Below, one piece after another: positions 26,301-39,000 of a stretch of DNA of 64,000 nt. This stretch comes from Trichoplax sp. H2 (taxonomy: Eukaryota). The number at the start of each line of letters is the position of its first letter. Position 1 is the stretch's first letter. The translations under genes were made by a program, and so were the position numbers. The stretch lies in assembly GCA_003344405.1 (NCBI GenBank), contig NOWV01000017.1, forward strand, positions 682,001-746,000, written 5' to 3'. The notes beneath the pieces are model-generated. The model saw only the letters and a list, made by a program, of their open reading frames with translations. It was not told where the DNA came from and did no database searches.

Positions 26301-28940
26301 AAATTAGCGATCTAGGAAAGGAACTTTGTAACTACCTTATGATCAAGGTATAAAATACTGGCATTAGTGTTTTATATAAGAATCCCTTTAAAATTTGTTT
26401 TATTCATTACTTCGTTATATCACTAGATTACTGCTGGTAGCTCAAGCCCAACTGGTAGCTTACGGGTAAGCGAATCAGTTTCTACAGATATTGGTGGATT
26501 GGATGATAGTGCACTACACGCTAAAAAATTCAGCAAGTACGTTATTCTAAATAATTTCTCATTAGACTGTTGGTATAAATTTATTATATTATAATTTAAA
26601 TAATAAATTTCTTTTAGGGGTATAGAACGTAGTCAATCACAACCGCAAATGCCAATAACTGATATACTACCTCATTCTCAGCAATTCTCAAACAAAAGAA
26701 CAGTTTTTGGTCGAGGCCCATCGGTAAGAAAAAAATACAATAAACTTTGACAAGTGGAAGTGCTCATTGCTTATACATTTTTTTTTAGAATTCAGATAGT
26801 AGTGATGATGATACCGACAATAAGATATATAGATTGCCTAATGTAAAAACAGAGTTGGGATCCTGGTGTTCAAGCCAGTTTCGAAAGTCTTTATTAAAGG
26901 TAGCTATGCAATGCATTTGTCGCATCTACTTCTTATATTGATTATTTGTGATAACTTGTAAAATTGCACCATTTGCATATGGCAGCCTCTTAATTATTAT
27001 GATCCGTCGAGTCAAGAGTATTATGAAAGTGAGTGGAAATATTTATTTAATGCTGAGATTAGAGCAGAAGCTGCAGCATCTTACCGATATTTAAGTAAGT
27101 GTACTCGTACCATCAGAACTGATATCGTTAGTTTCGCGTATGATAATTTTATATTAACATGTAAAATGGCCGTGGTAAATCTAGGTAAATCTCAATTGGA
27201 TGATGAGTGTTTTATTCAAAGAAGTACTTTCCCACCTCAAATAATGACATTTATGGAATATCAGAAGGCCATCATCGTGGCTGGACAAAACGAAATTAAG
27301 TAATTCAACATAAGAGCGAAACGCTGCTTTTTATAGTAGCTATTAATAATTATAATAATTAATGGATTATTATTTTGTATTTGAACTTGAGCGTTTGGAA
27401 CTGGGAGCAGTCGATTAAAATGAAATCGTTCAGGAATAGCTTAAAAAATTATAAAATAACTGCCTTGGAAGTTATTAATGAGCATCACTCACCGTTGCTA
27501 TTAGCTGGAACAGGTGAATCTTAAATGAATGATCTATGCTTGCCTACAAATTCGCATATTAAACCAATAGCTCGATATTAATAATTTAACAATTTTGTAT
27601 GATATTAGATGACGGTAGCTTACGGCTATGGAAGCATTTCGATAATGATGACAACAATTTGAAGTTAGTAACTGCTTGGAAAGGATTGAGTGAAATGCTA
27701 AGATCCTCCTTTAGAAGTAAGATTGAATTTATATCGAAGCTTGCAATTTTCTTATTGTATACGTATGGCGATAGTAGGCTTGATTAGTTATGATTGTAAT
27801 GATTCATTATAGGGTCAGGTTTAGTAATGAGCTGGGAGCAGCAATCAGGTAAATTATTATGTAGCGGTGACGTTAAATCTGTTAGTATATGGGACGTTAG
27901 AAGAGAGACGAAAGTACAGGTAGCGTAGACCGATAATTGTAGAATATTTTAAAATAGTTTAGATGCTTAGCATCCGAAGGTGAAAAGATTAATGACAAAT
28001 TCTACCATTAAAGGAAATACCGACTGGAGCGGGCAGTTGTGTTACAAGTATTTCCAGTGGAGTTGCTGATAGATCATCGCTACTAGTGGTTGGTTGTGGT
28101 GACGGCTCAGTAAGGTTATTTGATCGAAGGTTACCTGCAAATGAGAGGTATTCTGAAAAGAAGAATTGTTATAAATTTTATGTAATTGTTTTTTGTACAT
28201 TTAAGAATTTGTTAAAGTTTCGTATTTTGAAATTTGACGATCTAGCCGCGTTAAAACGTTATTTGAACACAAGGCTTGGGTTGTGAAAGTTCACAGACAA
28301 AGTGGAGGAAATGGTAACATCATTAGTGGCAGGTATGTAATTTTAGAAGATGATATTTGTGGATGATCTCAATTAATTTTAGTTTTTTTAAATTTAATAT
28401 TGCCTTCACTTATTATAACAGTATTGCTGGTGACGTAAAATTTTGGGATCCGCGTTTCACTGAATCTGTTAAAACGATTGATACTCAGCATACATTAAAT
28501 GCTATGGACGTACATAAGGAAGCCGATATTCTCGTTTGGTAAAATGAGATATTTATAACAAATAACCTAAAGACATTTTAATACTTGATCATTTCATTGT
28601 ACATTAGTTTAGATTTTAAAATGCGTAATCTGTTATCATTATAGCGGCTCAACTAGCCAAGTGATACATGTTTACAATCACAGCGGTGAATTAAATAGTG
28701 CAATCAAATATCATGATGGATTTAGAGTGCAAAAAATTGGACCCATTAGCTGCTTAGCATTTCATCCCTATAAGGTTTGTAAACTAATTTAAGTTATATC
28801 CTTGAATAAAGCTAAGCTTAACAGCATGATTATTTATTTATGATTGATACACGAATGTTTACAATTAATAGGTTATGTTCGCTGCTGGTAGTGCGGATTG
28901 CTTGTTATCGGTGTATTCTCCTTCTGATAAAAGACGATAG
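20351..28940 (+). CDS. RPTOR: Regulatory-associated protein of mTOR (Raptor/KOG1), >30 exons
   Basis: Exon 1 (20351-20476) ends SWKMTER and joins [20 protein letters not shown] (from 21829). Further motifs: [81 protein letters not shown] repeats and C-terminal WD40 repeats. Stop TAG at 28938-28940. Confidence 0.96.
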
Positions 28941-31900
28941 TAGACGTAGTCAATATCGTTATTTTTATACTATCTCATGATACTGTAACTAAGTATTTGG
29001 TAAAGCAACTTTTCGTATGATATTGATGATAAGGCAGTCTGTAAATTTATAGCGGTTGATTGGTTATGTATATTATGTACATAAGTATAAAAATAGCGCA
29101 AGATTTTTACATAATTGAGTTCAGTCCTTATTACGTGCTGATATTTTAATCATCATTGTATATTGTATAAATATTAAAAATGAACTTTTTAACAATTAGC
29201 AACTAATTATAATTGAAAATTATATAGCGCTCGCGTTATACAACGAGATCAAATACGCGTATATTCGTATACTCTCTATGTATGTATGAGTTATATAGTG
29301 TAAACATTTACTATATGTATTTGATATAAAGCGGTATCAGAGACATCTTCACTAGTACTTATCGGTTTTTATCTAAGCATATTGCTGCAATACTGTTGTT
29401 GCTTCAATTATGATTAATAATAACATGTGATCAAGGATTTAGCGAAACTTGCGATATAAATTAAACCTGGGCTAAGATAAACAGATATCGTAGCCGTAGT
29501 TATTGGCTCTAATTGGCTGTTAACATAAGTTGTTGTTTTAACGCATAGAAATATCCTGGCAGGGTTAGCCTATGTGAAAATGAAGTTAATATATTTTTAC
29601 AGTAATCAGTTATATAGTTCTTTTTAATGTTATTGATATTTTATCATTGATCCTTTTTAGATCTTTCAATTGTATAACTCTACAGCTCTATAATCGTACC
29701 GAAAAATAGATTAAAATGCTTACTGGATTTATTGCTTTGTAGCGCAGTAATTCATTATTCTTAGCAACATTTATGGAAACATACGATGTAATATAGTATT
29801 GATTTTATATAATAGGGTTATAAATATACTTTAATAAGAAAATGAATGACTGTGATAATATCTAATCCAGAATGAAATCAATATTATTAGTACAGTACGG
29901 TTACTGTTTATTGCTATGAATTGCCATATGACTGTTCTAGCGTTTTTATGATTACTTATACTTGTATCTATGAAAGACATTAAGCTGAATGAATATGGAC
30001 ATTTATAAGTTAGTTTTTGTACTATATTCGCGACATTTTAATGGTAGGCACTATTAATAGTTGGCCAATATTGAAGAATGCCATACAGGGTATATTGCAG
30101 AGCTGCAATATAAGATTTATCTTATCTAACTTTCGTTCATGGTCTTGCTTGATATTCCAAAGTCTAGACTTTTATACTCTTTTAACTTGTACCGATCATT
30201 CAAGAGTTGCCATCCTTGTACTAATTCAATCGATTACTGTACGATCTTTGGTAGAATAAAAATCTGAAGGTTTAATGATAAGCTTTTCGACTTGTGCGAT
30301 AACTCTAGCCAACGCATACTAGTATAGAATCGTATCCAGCTCATTACTTGGTGCCTCAACTAATACTATAGTTAAATTTAGCAAGCTATTTGAGCTGGAG
30401 TTTCAGTGCGTTTATACAACTTGCAAATGCGTATAATTATTTGCCTATAATGATGGATGCATCCTTGAATCATTTATGCCACCTTTGCAAGTACGATTAA
30501 GACTGACTGAATATTGCATGCATTTCTATTCAAAATGGACCCTATTCGACTATAACCTTGGATATTGTAAGGACAGATGATTCCTTCATACAGACTACTT
30601 TCTAAATACTGAATATACCTAACAATAAGTTAATGATTACCAAGGAAATCTCATATCTTTTACAAATTGCTAACATGAAGTTGTATATGTATTGAAGAAA
30701 ACTTTTAAATAATTGTTTATTGAATTTCCATAAAAAATGCAGGTATTGATAGTCAATTAAATTTTTACTTTCGATGCTATTAAGATATTCAGTTTGATAG
30801 CACCATCTTGGTTATGTGCTAGATGTATCTATTTATTTAGCGTCCATATATTTGTAAATCAACCTGTAAACACTTTGAAATATATTGTCGAGTCTCTCCT
30901 ATTTTAAAACAGTCAAGATTCAAGTTGTAAGGTAAAATCGATTTTTATAAATTGGTTACGATGAGATTGTACACAATATTTGAAAAAGTTACGTAAACTC
31001 TATCATAGATGTTCATAAATCCTTGATCTTTTCAGAATAACTACGCTATGTTTCTAATGTATATCCTTCTATACAGTCTTTGAGTTAGTCCATTGTGCTC
31101 ATTCGCTAGGGGTCTAAGTTCTCCCTACCGTGGACCCATCTAGTCGTGTTGCTGTAGAAAAAAACCCTTGAGAAGCAGCCATGATCATGAATTCGAATAG
31201 ACTACCATAGCAGCATATTATACGAATAGGAAGGAAAGAAATAATATCCTTCTACACAATCTTTGACTTAGTCCATTATGAATAATTAATTCATGAATTT
31301 ATTAGCAAGCAGCTCCAGTTCTTCCTATTTGTGGACATTGTTGATGAATGAAAGCTGTCTTCATTTTCTTTTCTATACTGTACTATAGCGATTTTCACAT
31401 GTTTTAGACATACTATTGAAAATACTATTAGCAATTGTTTAAGCTATAGTGGATTACTGATGCAGTAGAAAATCAATTTGAGACTTTGGTTATTTTAGCG
31501 TCCAGCACTGATGCCTTTCGTCCATCCAATCCTCTCTCTATCGAAGGAATGATAGCCAAAGTGTTGTATGATAGTATGCATAGCCAGTTAATGGATATCC
31601 TCTTCTCCATTTGAAACGTAAGTTTCTTCTTTAATCTTCTGATTAGAAGAGTAGAGTACAAGAGCGATGCCATTCCTAATGGACAGGCTCGTCGATGGAT
31701 CAATTTGTCCTGCCATCTTGACTTTTAAAAAATTTTTTTTATTTTGCTTGCCAATGGAGAACTATTCAGATGTGATCTGAAAGTTATTGAAGCATTTCCT
31801 TCGTTTACTCTAACTTCATCATGTGAATTCACTTGTTTTGATGTATTCTATCCCTTTCATCTTATTAACAGCATATAGACACGATCGAAATTGTACTATA

Positions 31901-32723
31901 ATTAATTACATTTTTATTCCTGCGTTGACATATTTCTATTTTCTTCCCCTCAATAAGGCCGCTTGCTAAGCGATACTGCCCATGATATAGTTACGGTAAC
32001 AGTAGTAGGTGTACAGTCGATTCTTTATAAGCTGAGATACGTTAGCAGTCATGCCTTAATTAATGGTAGCAATTATTTGTCAATTACAACTCTCTACTTC
32101 AATTTTCTTTCTCCTCTTTTATTTCTCAATTAGATTTTCCCGGAAGAAACGACACACTGACTCTGCCATCTTCCTTCCTTGATAGTCTTCTACTTGCAAC
32201 TGATAGAAGAATCATCATTGTAGAATATTTAAATATAGTCTCTATTGAAATTGATACAATACAGACTGATTGCGCCATATTTAATGTTGGCATAATTTGA
32301 CAAGAAGAAAGATTCACAAATTTCTCTCCCATTTCCATAATACCAACAAGAAGAAAGAAGTTAATTAAGTTATTCAGGTTGGAAAACGACGCCAAGACGT
32401 TTCTTTCTGTCATTAAATACAATCTTGATTGAAAGATTGTTAATTAAAGAGTGAAACAAGAAAAAGACAACGTCTATTGAATGAACACTCTGGTCTTATT
32501 TGCTTTTCTTATTGACAGCAATTGGCTAGCCTAGAGGATGACGGAACGATGAAGTAGTAGAATCGTGGACAGAAGACTGTATTGAAATGAATTGCATCAA
32601 AGTATATTAATTTATAGCATTGAACAGCGTCTATTAGATAGTATTGGCGTTAGTCAAGTTCACCATCAGCCTTGAACGATAAACCGTCATTTGAAGGAAC
32701 GATCTAATTATTTGTCTTCAAGG

Positions 32724-33380
32724 ATGGCTCTCTTTGGCCTCCATCAATTATTTTTACCAACTGTACAAACGTCCTATCGTTTAATCTACTTTTACATTGT
32801 TGTTGCTGTTATTGCAGCCATCATGTTGGGCCATGATGTCCATGTTACAGCTCAAAGTAAAGGAGTTTATGTCCTTGACCAGCAGAGCCTTGATAATCCG
32901 CCTCGAAAGTATTGCACTTACTTTAATAATAGGCTTGCTAAACGACAACCTCAATTAACAAATTGTCCTTGGTTTCAAGAAAATGCCTGCTGTACACAGC
33001 CTGAAGTCGATCTAATCTTTGCTGATAGACCATTACCTCTAAATCTACCACCTGAATGTAGCCGTTTATTTGATCAACTGATGTGCTATATATGCTCACC
33101 GGATCAATACTTATTTTATAATCAAACTCGTCAGACATTAACTGTATGCTTAGATTTTTGCAACCAAATCTATTCAGTTTGTCAAGATGCTCTCTGGAAA
33201 GGATTACCTATCAAGCATTGGTATCGATCGGGTGATGAATTTTGCCGTGCTCGTCGCTATGATGTTGCGACGCATCATTGTATGAATGTTACCGAGATTA
33301 TAGTCAGCAGCGCAATCTCAAATCATTATTGCCTTTCGATCATCCTTGCAATGTTATGGGGCCTACTTTATTTGTTATAG
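32724..33380 (+). CDS. Folate receptor/riboflavin-binding protein family Cys-rich secreted protein, likely GPI-anchored (paralog A), intronless
   Basis: First ATG of the ORF is at 32724. Hydrophobic N-terminal signal; Folate_rec-like pattern C-PWFQENACC...C...LMCYICSP...VCLDFC...C...EFC...C (12 Cys); hydrophobic C-terminus. Confidence 0.8.
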   Translation: MALFGLHQLFLPTVQTSYRLIYFYIVVAVIAAIMLGHDVHVTAQSKGVYVLDQQSLDNPPRKYCTYFNNRLAKRQPQLTNCPWFQENACCTQPEVDLIFADRPLPLNLPPECSRLFDQLMCYICSPDQYLFYNQTRQTLTVCLDFCNQIYSVCQDALWKGLPIKHWYRSGDEFCRARRYDVATHHCMNVTEIIVSSAISNHYCLSIILAMLWGLLYLL

Positions 33381-36055
33381 AGATGGAAAAAAATGATTGT
33401 ACAACATTTATCAACTCACTTTGGACAATTAGTAACAGAGTTAGCTTGTAAAAGCATCAATCTAAACAGTACTACTCGTATGAGATTGATAGCATTGGTT
33501 TTATACTCTTACGCGTATAGAAGAAATCATACACATCCTTTTGTGGTTCAAAGCGGCATTATCCGCTATATCAATCAAAAATTAAACTTCATTTTAAGAA
33601 TAAATATCACAGCAATAGGGTAATTAAGAATGAGATTTTATTTAACTGCAACTGATGATTACTACTGCATCACTACGGCCCAGAAATGATTATACAAGCT
33701 TATATCAATCGTACGATTCATTTAAAATGGATATTTGATTTATTAAATTTCATACACATGCACGGCTATAGATAGATATGATTCAAGACAGATCGATTGA
33801 GATAAAGTATGGCTATCATAAATGCCTCTATATACTCGTATTGATGAAATTACCAGATGGACAACGCGTTAACATTCAATTCGTCGATGAATTTAGGATG
33901 GCAAAATTCAAACTACAAAGCATTCCGTTGTTAAATTATCTCGATTAAGACACATTGATCGTATCATCAATATGGAATAAATTGTAATATTTATAAAATG
34001 ATACTACTAAAAGTATATAGAGATTATCTCAACAGTTAATTTTCACCTATTTGTTTACAACTACAATCGTTAATATAATTTTGAAAACACATTAATCATG
34101 CTCTTACTCTAAATTATTTAATGATAACTTACCTGATGCCAGTATAGCGTTATAAAATCAACTAAATATGGCCTAATTTATTTGATGGAAATAATTACTG
34201 TTATAAGTAGCAATTACATTAAGTATTCTTTTATCAAAATTTCAATTATTTAAATTATTCGTCTACCCACCCTCAAATTTTTTAATCTACCGTTACAGCT
34301 AGGCAAAAAAAATAATTTTAATTGCCTAATTCTATTTGACGACACTTCTTATAGTAGGCCGGCCTATCCTTATTTAATTTTACTACCGAAAGTTTATCTT
34401 GCAATTCCTTGGTAGACAAAGGAACGATTCCATATATAGCAATTTTAATTGTGATTAATAGAGGTTATCAGCAATAACAGTTAATGTGTTATTTGTTTCG
34501 ATAAAGTAAAATAAACTAAATCCGTTTTGTCGTGATCATATAGAAAAAAGGCAATGGAAATAAAAATTTTTAAAGACTAATAAGGCAATTATTCGTGATC
34601 GTGGCGACTCTGGAAAGTTAATTACTGTATACGCCAGGATATATATAGTAAGACTGCCATATTCTATAATCCGTTAAGAATTACCTGGCTAAAATAAAGT
34701 ACAGTAAAATTTGTGGGTATCTCATTCGGAGCGCAGTCTTCGGGCATACATCTGCAGAGCAAATAAATGTGCATCATTTGACGTTATTGTTGTTAAGAGT
34801 GAATCAAGATTGAAACTTAAATAAAACCTTTACATTATCTAATCGATGACTTTCGATTAAAATGTGTATGCATGGACTTACAACCTCGATGGGCACACCT
34901 TTAAGGTCACCTTGTAATCGCTATCTGCTCGACTTAGCAATAAAATCTTGATATAGGAATAAGGAAGGTCATGTCGTAGAATCAGGACTACTTTATAAGA
35001 CAGTTTCGTATTTCAAATTTTCATATTGCTGTCTTCAGCCAATCTCCTTTATAACTTACTATTGTGACTCTAAATAACTTAATTTTACTGACAATATTTC
35101 TGTTGCCTAAAATAATTACTGATCATATTGTAATTGATGCATACGAAAAGAATGTTAGTTAGCATGTAGCAGTGTGAATATTTGTGATGTCGAACTTTAG
35201 TAGCTGTGCATTGTGCATATACAAGTAATGGACTAATTTTAGGTATTAGTAGTGTAGAGTTTACGCACCGCGATTAGTATTCACTAAACACAACAAAAAT
35301 TATTCAATTATATCCATATAGAAAGAGTAGAATGGCTTTAATAAAAAAATAATTACATTTTCATACATATATTGTACATGTTAAATAATTTATCTCTTGA
35401 TTATCTACTCATGCTATGCTTTTATTTTGCCTGAGATGAACACTACGACATTCTTGATCCCTCTTACCTGTTATTATACGAGTAACAGTTATCGCGAGTT
35501 CAATAAAATTGTACACCAGCACAATAAAACATGAATTAATGTTTTCGAGATAATTACTTTATTATTAAAAATGCTGCCGTTACAGCGATGATGTCATTAC
35601 ATAACTATACTCGCATACAATTGTAATATCTGCAAATTTAAAATATTTTTTGGATTTTTATCCTATCAGACTGCAATCTCTTAAGAATTTTAACGCATCA
35701 TTTCATTGAGACTTCTTTCGAAAATGATATATATTTTGTAATATTGATATTAGCTGTGATTTAACTTATTCATTGATCGTATATTCATACGCAATCGTTG
35801 GTAAATAACTTAAAATAATCTGTGGACCAATCATTCAATGAAATTATTCATTTCATTTAGAAAAATCCCTTTCGTTAATTCTATTAATTAGTTTTATAAT
35901 GATAAAGATAGTGCTTTAAATATTAATAAAATGATCGTTGGTATTATCATAGTACTTATAATAAAGTAGACGTAGTCGTCAATTTTGATTGTATCACTAT
36001 CATTATTGAATCAGCCAATATGACATACACTATATTTCAGTAGTTGCATAGCAGT

Positions 36056-39000
36056 TCACTTTGGGCGATATTGTGCCTTTAAGACCCAAACACCTTCGCC
36101 ATGAGTCATAGATCGAAAAGTACACATTTCATTTAACATAGCACGAAAAGCAGCATTATCGGTATTTCTCAATTTTGATTGAAATTTATTTATAATAGCC
36201 CGGCTAGTTGCTTGTGTGTTGGGTTTTCCAGCAATAAAATCGCGTAATTCCAACAAGATTTTATTTCTAGCTCCATCTAGCACAACTCCATCAACATCAT
36301 TATTATTTGATGTATTATTTCCCGATGGAGATGAAAACATATTCCTAGTTCGCATTTGCGTTAATAGATCTTTGGAAGACATCACTTCAGAGGCATTTTT
36401 TGCCTTCCCACTAAAATGCTGATTTTGTTCTTGTTCCACTCCCTATTAACAGAAAGGTAATATTGGTTATAAGTGTATGTAGCAATTCTAGATCAAGACC
36501 CATTTGATAACTTATCAAACGATATAAAAAAAAGCGCTATCACTAATTTATATGGATGACTAACGCTAGCCTACCTGTTTTGTTTTTGAATGTGAAACTG
36601 AGGATTTACCAAACTTTGGCCTAGCAATATTACAATAATTGAACAATAATAAGATAACGTTATTATTAGATTTTCAAGATAATTGGTTTAGTCAAGATAT
36701 TGGATTTAAAAGATAAACAAATAAACAACTTGGCCATTGGGGCTCCACCAATTCCTGATTTGCCCGTCCATGTTGGTATACCAATAGAATATTTCTTGCA
36801 TTCTTGACTTGAATTTGTTAAAACCTTCTTAGCAATCTCTGCCACACGCTTGGCTTCACTTTCCACCAAAGAATAATCTTGGTTAGACGAATCTACAATT
36901 TTATCATGTTTCATTGCGCTTTGTACGCCTTTGAAAGCACAGAATAGAAGATACTATTTAAATATATATGCACTCCATCGTTAAATACAAGTAATGCACT
37001 ACAATATATCGATGATTAGTATTATTAGCTAATCATTTACCAGCTTTCTTGAACAGAGCTCCTAGTACGTAATCGTCTGAATTGCCCGTTTTTCCGGTTT
37101 TGGCATCAAGCGATGACGAATGATAGCTATCTTCTTTATCTACATAATCTACCCTAGTTCCCTCAATACCTGTAAAGTAGAGTGTCAGACTAAGTAAATG
37201 CACAAACTGTATAATATTCTAGATATACACGTGTACTGATGATTACGGAGTTGCCTTAATTGATTACTAATGTACACATATTTATATCAGCGCGAAGAAT
37301 TTAATATCCATTACTGCCATCTACGTCTATGCGCATCATAAAGAAAGAGCGATTTATTTGTAATGGAAAAGGAGGTAGTAAACTACCAAATTTACTCAAG
37401 TAACATTATACTATATCTTAAAGTACGAATTAATTGTCTTCTGCTCAGATCTGATGTGATGTAAGAATTAAGGCATTTTATTAATTTGAAATATAATAAT
37501 TTACGTTTTCCACGGCTTGATTTCTTCGATTTTTTTCTTGAACTTTTACGTGCTAGACGATATTTTTTAATCTTATTATGTAAGTCAATCTCAGAACCAG
37601 TTCCAGCAAATATCGCACTCGTTTCGTTATTATTAGTGGAATCCAATGAAAACAGCTCATATAAATCGTTCGATTTGAAGAAACGTCGCTGCTTTGGATT
37701 TTTTAAGATTCGATTGGTAAGAAATTCTTTAAAGACTTGCCTAAGGAATTAATGACCATTAACTTAAATATTGATTAATTCGATCATGTCTTCTCTATTT
37801 ACTTGGTAACTTTACCATACATGACGAATTTCAGTGATAGTTACCGATGATATATCTTTTCTTCTATCGTTCCCGATGTTAAAAAGCGATAAATTGTGAC
37901 CTCTTTTGTTTGTCCAACTCTCCAAGCTCGTTCCCTAGCTTGCATATCAGTACTAGGATTCCAATCTGGATCGAAAATCACTACCCTGTCTGCTCCAGTT
38001 AAATTGAGACCAAGACCTCCCACACGCGTTGTCAATATGAAGATAAATATGGCATTGTTCTGTATATTGATAACAATTCTTCCGTTAGTTAATCTACTCA
38101 CGTCATTAGTTACCGATACAATAATATCCAAGTACCCTGTTGAATAATTTCACTAGCGATTGTCTACTAGAGATGTTGGTTGTGCCATCCATACGCATAT
38201 AAGGGTAGTTCTCAGATTTTACAAACTTTTCTAGGATATTTGCCATCTATTATAAAATACAAGACAATTGTACCTATTACTTAACACAAATGAAGGTATT
38301 CCGACAAGATAGCTACTACATAAAATAATACACAATAAAAGCTAATTGTAGTGAAAAGCAACCTGACGCGTTTGAGTAAATAACAATACACGATGCTTAT
38401 TTTCTCTCCATAGTGATAGCAGCGTTTTCAGTGCAATCATCTTCCCAGATAATAACCAATGTCCATCAGATCGAATAATTTCGCTATCCACGTTAACCTT
38501 TGCTACACGTGGTACGGAAATATTTGTAAGATGAGGATGATTACAAATTTTGCGTAGGGTAATGAGACCGCCAAAAGCCTGGTAGTATAAATAAGAAATA
38601 GACACGTAAATTTAGCTACAGCTTTAAATACTATCTATACTTTAGAATTAACAGAAAAACTAACATGATTTCGTCCATCGATGATTCCTGCTACTTCATC
38701 AGATTTTAGATATTGCTGATAAACGCATCGCTGAAAATCCGTTAATCGACAAAATAATACCTAGACGCAAACCAGACAGTTGCTGTATCGTTAGACGCTA
38801 ATAAGGTCAGTCATAATCTCTCTTTAACTTTAGAACATTTAATTAGCATACATGTTCATTTTTAGGGGGAAGATGCAAACAGTCTTTCTGTACTCCTGCT
38901 TTAGTACGGCGCAATAAATATGGATTGATGGTATCGCGTAAAACGCAAGCACATTTATAAGCAGTTTGGACCTATTAACAGGAAAAGAGTTAGCTGATTG

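Noticed and set aside
32126..32422. 98-aa hydrophobic minus-strand ORF
   Set aside because: It has a non-ATG start, no recognisable motif, and lies in the pyrimidine-rich upstream region of paralog A.
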